A stretch of 46,660 nt of DNA, taken from positions 1 to 46,660 of the IMG/VR virus record IMGVR_UViG_3300042347_001156. One strand, 5' to 3'. The DNA comes from a virus (Duplodnaviria; Caudoviricetes). The position numbers and the translations under genes were made by a program. The notes under the pieces are model-generated. The model was not told where the DNA came from. It did no database searches and saw only the letters and a program-made list of their open reading frames with translations. Positions 39,343 to 46,660 of this stretch are shown here, piece by piece. The stretch's first letter is position 1. The number at the start of each line of letters is the position of its first letter.

Positions 39343-41337
39343 ATGAGTACCACAAACTATTCCTCTGATCTGTTACCAGAATCATTCCTACAACAATATG
39401 TAAACAAAGAAGTACCTTGGGGCTTTAACGGCTTAGGCTACATTGTCTACAAGAGAACATATGCTCGTAAGATCGAAGGTACAGACAATACAGAAGAGTG
39501 GTGGCAGACAGTGGCGCGCTGTATCAATGGTGCACAAGAGATTGGAGCTGGTTATACCCCTGCTGAAGCACAGCGTCTTTACGATCTGGTTTTTAATCTT
39601 AAGTGTAACTTTGCTGGCCGTATGCTTTGGCAGCTAGGCACAGAAACAGTTAAGAGGTTTGGTGCTAACTCTTTGCTTAACTGCTGGTACGTTTCTATCA
39701 ATGACCCGAAGACCTTTTTGTTCGTCTTTGAAAACCTTATGTTAGGTGGTGGTGTTGGTTTCTCTATTCGCAGAGAAGACATTCACGAACTTCCTAAGAT
39801 TAAGAGAGGGGTAACCGTAGAACATCACAATACTAAGGATGCTGACTTTATTGTTCCTGATTCACGTCAGGGCTGGGTAGAACTGCTTCGTAAGACATTA
39901 CAAGCTTACTACGACACCGGTAAGTCATTCTCTTACTCAACTATTCTTGTTAGAGGTGCTGGTGAGAGGATTGCTGGTTTCGGTGGTACTGCTTCCGGTC
40001 CTGGTATTCTTATTGAAGGTATTGAAAAGATTTCTAAGATCTTCCAATTAAGAGAAGGTAAAAAGCTAAGATCAACCGACGTACTTGACATCTGCAATAT
40101 TATTGGCAGTATTGTTGTTGCCGGGAACGTTCGTCGTTCAGCTCAGATCGCTCTAGGTGATCCTGATGACTATCTCTATCTCAGAGCTAAGAACTGGTCT
40201 TTGGGTAACATTCCTAACTGGAGAGCTATGTCCAATAATACGATTTATGCTGATGACTTTTCCCATATTTCATCTGAGATTTGGACTAACGGTTATGTAA
40301 CTGATAAAGAGACCGGGTTTGCTAAAGGTGAACCTTATGGCTTCTTTAACCTTCCCTTATCACAAAAGTTTGGTCGTCTTAAAGACGGTCCTATGAAGTC
40401 ATCTAAGCTTTATCCTACTAACGAAGATAACGTTCTGGGTACTAATCCTTGTGCTGAGATTTCATTAACCTCTTACGAGTGTTGTAACCTCTCTGAGCTC
40501 TATCTCAATAACATTTCTTCTGTAGAAGAGCTCGTCGACTGTGCTACTCTGTTATACAAGACACAGAAAGCAACAGCTGCTATGCCTTTCATTCACGACG
40601 AGACAAATAAGATTGTTCATAAGAACATGCGTTTAGGTCTCGGTGTAACTGGTATCTGTCAGTGTTCAGATGAGAAGATTGAATGGCTTGATAAAGCTTA
40701 TGAAGCTCTTCGTAAGTTTGATAAAGAGTGGTCAAAGACTAAGGGTTATCCTGAATCAATTAAACTGACTACAGTAAAGCCTTCAGGTACTTTAAGTCTT
40801 TTGGCAGGTTCAACTCCAGGGGTACACCCAGCTTATTCACCGTTCTATATCCGTAGAGTGAGAATGGGTTCTGGTGATAAGCTGGTTAACATCTGCCGGG
40901 AGCTCGGTTATCACGTTGAGTTTGTTCGCGGATTTGACGGTAAAGAAGATCATTCAACTGTTGTTGTCTCCTTCCCTTGCTCTGCAGGACAAAGCTGTGT
41001 TGTAGCTAAAAATATGACAGCAGTTCAGCAGCTTGACTTAGTTAAGAAGATTCAAACCTATTGGTCGGATAACGCTGTATCAGTTACGGTTTATTATCGT
41101 CAAGAGGAACTTGAAGAGATTAAAGCCTGGCTCGAATATAATTACGAAACTTCTATTAAGTCTGTCTCATTCTTGCTCCATAACGAGCATGGGTTTGCAC
41201 AAGCTCCTTACGAAGAAATTTCTGAAGAAGAATATCAAAAGCTAACTCAGAAAGTTAAACCAATTACTTCAATCAATATCGGACAAGGTGACATTGAGAG
41301 CATGGAATGTGAAGGCGGTGCATGCCCGATCAAGTAA
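39343..41337 (+). CDS. nrdJ: Class II adenosylcobalamin-dependent ribonucleotide reductase (monomeric RTPR type)
   Basis: YKRTYAR, GRMLW, NCW, LMLGGGVGFS, DSRQGW, NVRRSA, TNPCAEI, CNL, KPSGT, C-terminal CEGGACPIK. Confidence 0.95.
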   Translation: MSTTNYSSDLLPESFLQQYVNKEVPWGFNGLGYIVYKRTYARKIEGTDNTEEWWQTVARCINGAQEIGAGYTPAEAQRLYDLVFNLKCNFAGRMLWQLGTETVKRFGANSLLNCWYVSINDPKTFLFVFENLMLGGGVGFSIRREDIHELPKIKRGVTVEHHNTKDADFIVPDSRQGWVELLRKTLQAYYDTGKSFSYSTILVRGAGERIAGFGGTASGPGILIEGIEKISKIFQLREGKKLRSTDVLDICNIIGSIVVAGNVRRSAQIALGDPDDYLYLRAKNWSLGNIPNWRAMSNNTIYADDFSHISSEIWTNGYVTDKETGFAKGEPYGFFNLPLSQKFGRLKDGPMKSSKLYPTNEDNVLGTNPCAEISLTSYECCNLSELYLNNISSVEELVDCATLLYKTQKATAAMPFIHDETNKIVHKNMRLGLGVTGICQCSDEKIEWLDKAYEALRKFDKEWSKTKGYPESIKLTTVKPSGTLSLLAGSTPGVHPAYSPFYIRRVRMGSGDKLVNICRELGYHVEFVRGFDGKEDHSTVVVSFPCSAGQSCVVAKNMTAVQQLDLVKKIQTYWSDNAVSVTVYYRQEELEEIKAWLEYNYETSIKSVSFLLHNEHGFAQAPYEEISEEEYQKLTQKVKPITSINIGQGDIESMECEGGACPIK

Positions 41338-41342
41338 ACTAA

Positions 41343-41810
41343 TTAAAAACCTATAGCTAAATAGTCGATGGAACGAGTGCCGGAAGTAACACCTGCAGGT
41401 GTACCTTCAGCTCTAACAGTTATTTGTGTACTATTGTAAGATATAACCCGAGCAAAAATATCATCATTAGTAGTACTGGTATTTTTTATAGACACAAATG
41501 CCTTTAAGCACACATTCGGGAACGGTATCGGAAAAGTTAGCGTTTGGTTGACGTCTCCACCAAGAGAACCAGACTCGCCCCACTGCATAATAAGACCACC
41601 CGGAATTATTTGATAACCATTTGAAGATAACGATCTCGTAAATGATGATGATAGAGAAACAAAGTTAGTTGAAACGGTATTAATTCTGGTATCGAAGTTA
41701 TCGAAGTTAGCGTTCATGTATCCCAATGAATCGCCCATGCACCATTCTCTATTAATAGCATAAGGTGCATTACCGGAAGGTGGAAAATTAGGATCAGTAT
41801 TAAGAGGCAT
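41343..41810 (-). CDS. Small tail-fibre protein (anchor module + gp53-like C-terminal domain)
   Basis: WCMGDSLGYMNANFDNFD; GYQIIPGGLIMQWG...TFPIPFPN...YLAIGF. Confidence 0.75.
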   Translation of the reverse strand: MPLNTDPNFPPSGNAPYAINREWCMGDSLGYMNANFDNFDTRINTVSTNFVSLSSSFTRSLSSNGYQIIPGGLIMQWGESGSLGGDVNQTLTFPIPFPNVCLKAFVSIKNTSTTNDDIFARVISYNSTQITVRAEGTPAGVTSGTRSIDYLAIGF

Positions 41811-41815
41811 ATCAA

Positions 41816-42319
41816 TTATTTATCTTCTTTTTCTTCTACTATGGTAGATTCTATTACTTCTACAGCAGGTTCTTCTTCTAGATTATTTAAAAGTTGTTTA
41901 AAGATTTCTTCTCTAGAAGCTACTAAATTGACCGTATTATTAGTGACATTGTTGCCTGGCAACATTCCTGCCACAGCTTTCTTACCTTCAATATCAATTG
42001 CTTTAAGTTCTTTATCTGTTTTAGCTTTTTTATTTTGTAAATTAATTCTGTTAAGAGCTTCGATAGCTTTTGTAGTAGAAGAGATAAGTTCGGAAAGAGC
42101 TGCTATCTCATCGGGGTTTTGACCTTGTACAATAAAATCTTTTAAGTCGTTTACAGCTCCGAGACCGGTGTCAATTAGAGCTCCGGTTTTTTGAAGAATG
42201 TAATCATTAATATTATCTTCAGTAATAGTAGTAGGGGTGCCTCGAGGTACAGACTTTGCTGTTGTTTGAGGCATAGAAAAAGATGACAGTTCGTCTAAAA
42301 GAGTATCTATATCGGACAT
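41816..42319 (-). CDS. gp16: Terminase small subunit (gp16-like)
   Basis: P.EIAALSELI helix followed by NNVTNNTVNLVASREEIFKQL tail typical of T4-like small terminases. Confidence 0.7.
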   Translation of the reverse strand: MSDIDTLLDELSSFSMPQTTAKSVPRGTPTTITEDNINDYILQKTGALIDTGLGAVNDLKDFIVQGQNPDEIAALSELISSTTKAIEALNRINLQNKKAKTDKELKAIDIEGKKAVAGMLPGNNVTNNTVNLVASREEIFKQLLNNLEEEPAVEVIESTIVEEKEDK

Positions 42320-42374
42320 CAGTATTAATTAAGCCTGTAGTTGCTTTCTTCAAACTTTATGATATTATATCTAG

Positions 42375-42539
42375 ATGGAAACTATCGTTAATACAATTAA
42401 TGGAACGTATATCGTCCCCGCAGACAAATTAGATCAGTTAATTCAATGGTTAGAAATTAATGCCGTAAAACCTGGTGCAAAACCTATTGGAGAAATCAAA
42501 GAAGGGGTATATACTGGACGTCAGCTTATCAATGAATAA
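42375..42539 (+). CDS. Small hypothetical protein, 54 aa
   Basis: Not in ORF track: METIVNTINGTYIVPADKLDQLIQWLE...GRQLINE; preceded by TTGCTT-N16-TATTAT. Confidence 0.6.
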   Translation: METIVNTINGTYIVPADKLDQLIQWLEINAVKPGAKPIGEIKEGVYTGRQLINE

Positions 42540-43338
42540 TGTATGTCCTCTTTCTTCGGCGTAAATTGCCCCAAATACCGGTTTGTAAAAATATTTGAGC
42601 ATTAAGTCTTCTTGTTTTAAGCATTTGTTGTACGTTAGGGTGTTGGCTTTTTTGTTTTAAAAATAAAGTAAACTCTTCTTCAGACATTTTAGCTAAAACT
42701 AAATCTCCCTTTTTGCCGTTTTGATTACCTTTTAACTTTTCAGAAGTTATTTTTCTACCTAAATTATTTTCTTTTGTTTTACCTAGTTTTTGTTCTCGTA
42801 AAATTTGATTTATTTCATTACGTTTTTTCTTTTGAGTTTCTCGAGATTTTTGTAACGCTATATCAGGTAGACATTTACCCTTCATTCTTAAACTGTGTTC
42901 TTTATCAGCTTTAAGTCTTGCAAGAGATCGCCCATTTTTATATTTTTTAGCATCTCCGATTTTTTGAGCTTCGGTTCGTTGCTCCCCTTTCAGTAAAACT
43001 TTATAATGGGTTTTTGCATAATTTTCTTTTGGGTATACCTTGCTTAAAGTAGTCCATCTTGCATTGCCGTTTATGCGGTTATAAAAATTTTTATTTTGAG
43101 CTGCGTTAATTTTTTGTAAATATTTCTCTTCCGCTATAATTGCGTCTTTTTCATCTTCATAGTACCTTACAATTGTTTTTTTGAAATTTTTTATTCCGTA
43201 TTTTTTAATATCTTCTTTAAGATATTTACTACTTCCGTAATAATTGCCGTTATCTTTTTTAATTGTTTTATAACCAAAGTAAAATTTAGGGCCTGGCTTT
43301 TTATTTGTTCTCACTATAATATACGTGTATGCATTCAT
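42529..43338 (-). CDS. Seg-like GIY-YIG homing endonuclease
   Basis: YTY...FYFG, YYGSS...IKKYG..NF, E..YL, FYN; basic C-terminal region. Confidence 0.85.
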   Translation of the reverse strand: MNAYTYIIVRTNKKPGPKFYFGYKTIKKDNGNYYGSSKYLKEDIKKYGIKNFKKTIVRYYEDEKDAIIAEEKYLQKINAAQNKNFYNRINGNARWTTLSKVYPKENYAKTHYKVLLKGEQRTEAQKIGDAKKYKNGRSLARLKADKEHSLRMKGKCLPDIALQKSRETQKKKRNEINQILREQKLGKTKENNLGRKITSEKLKGNQNGKKGDLVLAKMSEEEFTLFLKQKSQHPNVQQMLKTRRLNAQIFLQTGIWGNLRRRKRTYIIH

Positions 43339-43805
43339 TTAATAATACTTATACCTCAATAGGCACAGTCAATGATGAAGTTGAAGTTAAATTTGTAAAA
43401 ACTCATCCTGACGCAAAACTACCAACAAAGGCGTATGAAGATGATAATTGTTTCGACTTGTACAGCGTAGAAGAGGTCTCGATATATGCTAAAGATAGTG
43501 CAATAGTGCCTGTTGGATTAACCTGTGCATATATCTCGCCAGGGTTCGGTTTTGTAATAAGACCAAGATCTGGTTTAGGTTTTAAGGCTGGTTTACAACC
43601 ACATCTAGGAGAAATTGATAACGGCTATAAAAATGATTTAGCAGTAAAAATATACAATTTTTCAAACACAGATTATAAAGTTAGCAAAGGGGATAGAATT
43701 GCTCAAATTAAAATCGAAAAAGTCTGGAAAACAAAAGTTTCTTTTGTAGAAAAAATAGTGCCTTCTTTGCGTGGCGAAAAAGGCTTTGGTTCTTCAGGGA
43801 AGTAG
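43329..43805 (+). CDS. dut: dUTPase (trimeric)
   Basis: FDLY, RPRSGL, GEIDNGY, GDRIAQ, RGEKGFGSSG. Confidence 0.95.
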   Translation: MHSFNNTYTSIGTVNDEVEVKFVKTHPDAKLPTKAYEDDNCFDLYSVEEVSIYAKDSAIVPVGLTCAYISPGFGFVIRPRSGLGFKAGLQPHLGEIDNGYKNDLAVKIYNFSNTDYKVSKGDRIAQIKIEKVWKTKVSFVEKIVPSLRGEKGFGSSGK

Positions 43806-43819
43806 TATATACTGTCTAC

Positions 43820-44728
43820 ATGTTTCAGAACCTTTTTGTAGAAAAATACCGTCCTAAGACGCTTACTGATATTGTTCTTACTGATGAAGAGCGTCAGTAC
43901 TTTGAGTCTTTAAAATCTAAAGAAGAAATTCCTAACTTACTCTTTGCCGGTAATCCCGGAACTGGTAAGACAACTCTTTCAAAGATTATTGCTAACGATA
44001 TCTTAGACTGTCAGTATCTTTACATTAACGCTTCTGACGAAAATGGCATTGATACGATTCGTTCTAAAGTTATTGGTTTTGCTTCTACTAAATCTTTGGA
44101 CGGTAAACTGAAATTAGTTCTCTTTGACGAATGTGATGCTCTTACACTCGATTCACAAAAAGCACTTCGCAATGTTATTGAAGAGTACTCTGATAACACT
44201 CGGTTTATCTTTACTTGTAACTATCTCTTTAAGATCATTCCTGCTCTGCAATCGCGGTGTCAGATCTTTAACTTAACACCTCCTCTTGATGGAGTATTGA
44301 ATAGAGTAGTAGCTATACTTAAAAACGAGGGAATCACTGTTCCTGATACCGAGAAACCTAAGCTCGTTGAACTTGTTAGATCTGGTTATCCTGACTTACG
44401 GCGTATTATTAATGATATTCAGAAGTTCTCTTTTACGGGAACCCTTGTTATTAAGGACAATCAAGTTAAGGGTATTGCAAACAAAGTCATCGAAAAGATT
44501 ACCGGTAAAGTTACGCCTTTTGAGCTCCGTAAATACGTTATTGAAAGAGAGCAGGACTTCTCGGGAGACTATCTTCAGTTACTCAAGGAAATGTTTGAAG
44601 TAGCTTACAATAACAATCTAGACCCTAAAGCGCTTCTTACTATTTCAGAAGGCATGTATAAGGATGCTATTGTAGTAGATAAAGAGATTAACTGGTTTAG
44701 TGCCTGTATACAGCTCTACAACTGTTAA
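43820..44728 (+). CDS. gp44: Clamp loader subunit (gp44 / RFC small)
   Basis: VEKYRP, GNPGTGKTT, NASDE, DECD, SRC. Confidence 0.95.
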   Translation: MFQNLFVEKYRPKTLTDIVLTDEERQYFESLKSKEEIPNLLFAGNPGTGKTTLSKIIANDILDCQYLYINASDENGIDTIRSKVIGFASTKSLDGKLKLVLFDECDALTLDSQKALRNVIEEYSDNTRFIFTCNYLFKIIPALQSRCQIFNLTPPLDGVLNRVVAILKNEGITVPDTEKPKLVELVRSGYPDLRRIINDIQKFSFTGTLVIKDNQVKGIANKVIEKITGKVTPFELRKYVIEREQDFSGDYLQLLKEMFEVAYNNNLDPKALLTISEGMYKDAIVVDKEINWFSACIQLYNC

Positions 44729-44964
44729 CGGCCACAGCATCTACCGCGTGTAACCGGAGCAGGAGCTGGTACATGAGATGCTGTATTAGTAATTGTCTGA
44801 GGGGTATTTTGCTGTCCTGTAAGATGACCTGTTATATCTTGTACGGCTTGTATTTGAGAACTATAAGGTTTTGTTTTATACACCTCTTGATTTGTAGAAG
44901 AACTAAAAACTGTTCCTACAAATTTTCCGTCTTGTAAATCAATAGTTGTGTAGTATTTTTTCAT
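44725..44964 (-). CDS. Small hypothetical protein
   Basis: ATG 44964 (MKKYY) follows the upstream stop; ends RGRCCGR. Confidence 0.55.
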   Translation of the reverse strand: MKKYYTTIDLQDGKFVGTVFSSSTNQEVYKTKPYSSQIQAVQDITGHLTGQQNTPQTITNTASHVPAPAPVTRGRCCGR

Positions 44965-44968
44965 GCTA

Positions 44969-46660
44969 TTAATTATCAATTGTACCTACGAAGTTCAAAG
45001 GTAAGGAATCAAAGCGGTGTATTTTTATAGCTGTTATATCATTATAATAAAACTCTGTTTCAAATACATGCTTTACGTTTATTATAAACCACTGACCAAA
45101 GAACTTATCTTCAAAAGGCCCTGACTCTACTCCTTCTGTTTTGTCTATAGCAATAAAACGGCCTGGCTCTCTGTTAGTCAGCCCTAAAGTGCGGAAATTA
45201 ACACAAGCATTTTGGAAAACTCCAACATAGAGCAACTTTTGAAGACCGCTACTCTGTCTAATAATTGGGTCATCTCCGTAACAAGAAAAAGAAGGTTGTA
45301 CGTTTTTATTTTTTTTATCTTGATCAAGAGTTATCAAAAAGAGTTTTTCGTTGTCAGTATTCTTACGGTACAGCTCGTTAATATACTTTTGAGACATAAA
45401 CTCTCTTGCTGCTAAAACAGAGTTATTTTTAAATTCAACATTAAAAACTCTATTTTTGAAGTCAAACGAATATACAGGGGAGTTGCAAAACTTTGTGGTG
45501 TTTGTTAAAGCGGATATATCTACAAATCGGTAATTAGTTATTTGGTTATATTTTAATGTCTTAAGGTCAACAACATCATTAGGTTCGTTACTAATAGGGG
45601 CACGTAGGCTTTTTGTAGCTCTTTCCTGGTTGTTAGGTACGTCAGGGTCGTTTATTTTTGATGTATAGCTACTACCGTAGCTTTGTAAAAAATAATGTTC
45701 TATTTGGTAGGGACCAGGTACGTTTTCTCTGTTACCAGCATTTTGAAAATAAGATGACATCGATTTAAGTGTTAGCTGGCCTAAATCGGTAGCCTTAGGT
45801 CCTCGCTCTTTTACTAATATACTAAAATCATACAAGTCGTTTTGTGACACTGTGCCTCCTCGGGGGGCAGAAGCAGTAGGAGGTTTACCGAGCTTTGAAC
45901 TACTAACATGTTTGTCGTAAACATACATTAAACTCTCATAAGCATTATGACCTGCTGGTGCAGTAAAGAAAATATTGGTAGCTCCAGGATCCCATTCCGG
46001 GCCTATTGGGGGTGTAGGATTATACGAAAAGTTTAAAGAGGGTGCTGGGGTTATAAAGGTGCCTGTGTATTTTTCTTGTGAAGAATCTTGACTTAAACTT
46101 AAATCTATAATCTCCTTCATTGCTTGCCCGGTAGATAAAGTACCGGGGTTAGCGTATTTGCCTTGTTGTATATCCGCTTTAGCATTCGAAAAAATAGATA
46201 GCCCGGTTGAATATTGTAGTCTGTTAGATAACATTCTTTGATACCAGGAATCCCAGAAATAAATTTTAAGAGCTTTGACTGTGGCAGAAGCCTGGTTACG
46301 GGCACCCGGCGGCAAATCTATATCTTCAATGTCGTATATGGAAAATAGATAAGACAGAGTCCAATGTCTATCATCAGTAATTCTTAGTCCATCCGTTAAA
46401 TTAAAAACATCTAAATTAGAAGAACTACCGTCAAGCACCGGGTTAATACGAATTCTTAAAAGGTCATTACCATCGTTTCTAAAAACATAAAAACCTTTTT
46501 GTTCTGGTGTTAAAATGCCTGTCGAATTAGATATCTGTCCTAGTCTTTCATCGTAAATACCGATAGCAGCTTCTGGGTTATAAAAAAATGTCATATGACC
46601 TCGAACTACCCAATCAGCTAAAGTATCTTCTATAGTTAAATTAACTATTGTATTGGGACT
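44969..46660 (-). CDS. Baseplate hub (gp27-like), 5' end beyond window
   Basis: Frame is open to window end (SPNTIVNLTIEDTLADWVVRGHMTF...); C-terminal G....EPGRFI.I...GQWFIINVKHVF hub motif. Confidence 0.65.
   Translation of the reverse strand, partial: SPNTIVNLTIEDTLADWVVRGHMTFFYNPEAAIGIYDERLGQISNSTGILTPEQKGFYVFRNDGNDLLRIRINPVLDGSSSNLDVFNLTDGLRITDDRHWTLSYLFSIYDIEDIDLPPGARNQASATVKALKIYFWDSWYQRMLSNRLQYSTGLSIFSNAKADIQQGKYANPGTLSTGQAMKEIIDLSLSQDSSQEKYTGTFITPAPSLNFSYNPTPPIGPEWDPGATNIFFTAPAGHNAYESLMYVYDKHVSSSKLGKPPTASAPRGGTVSQNDLYDFSILVKERGPKATDLGQLTLKSMSSYFQNAGNRENVPGPYQIEHYFLQSYGSSYTSKINDPDVPNNQERATKSLRAPISNEPNDVVDLKTLKYNQITNYRFVDISALTNTTKFCNSPVYSFDFKNRVFNVEFKNNSVLAAREFMSQKYINELYRKNTDNEKLFLITLDQDKKNKNVQPSFSCYGDDPIIRQSSGLQKLLYVGVFQNACVNFRTLGLTNREPGRFIAIDKTEGVESGPFEDKFFGQWFIINVKHVFETEFYYNDITAIKIHRFDSLPLNFVGTIDN

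Noticed and set aside
42529-43370. Group I intron joining the 54-aa ORF to dUTPase
   Set aside because: No non-coding room for a ribozyme core, and the upstream ORF has its own stop
1458-46305. Numerous 60-93 aa ORFs antisense to or nested within long genes (e.g. 1458-1646, 6744-6971, 17326-17850, 35156-35389, 41841-42122)
   Set aside because: Shadow ORFs of well-supported genes, with no motifs or promoters of their own
1-46660. Stop-codon reassignment
   Set aside because: Long genes are intact under the standard code, and TAA, TAG and TGA all end genes

Overview
A 46.7-kb AT-rich segment of a large T4-like myovirus genome with no host genes. Most of it is a minus-strand late morphogenesis block: gp27-like hub (partial), gp16-like small terminase, gp25, gp6, about 17 kb of giant PKD/beta-propeller/LamG baseplate-associated genes, tail-collar fibres, gp14, gp13, gp4, gp21, gp67-like, gp22 and gp23. 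Plus-strand genes include a class II (B12) ribonucleotide reductase, dUTPase, clamp loader and a pyrimidine-dimer-glycosylase-like protein. About 20 TAAATA late-promoter boxes lie only 5-17 nt before start codons. There are four free-standing HNH/GIY-YIG endonucleases. The most notable observations are: (1) a translationally coupled HNH nuclease + DNA amino-methyltransferase pair sharing a paralogous N-terminal HTH, behind a 16-bp palindrome (R-M-like cassette); (2) unrelated proteins carrying a shared N-terminal 'KDQxxLxExYxxxxE' peptide, a candidate capsid-targeting tag; (3) five fibre genes sharing a Cys-containing anchor module, and a Cys/Trp-rich repeat in two giant baseplate proteins; (4) a structured leader before a GIY-YIG gene. 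All assignments come from reading motifs by eye; no database searches were run.
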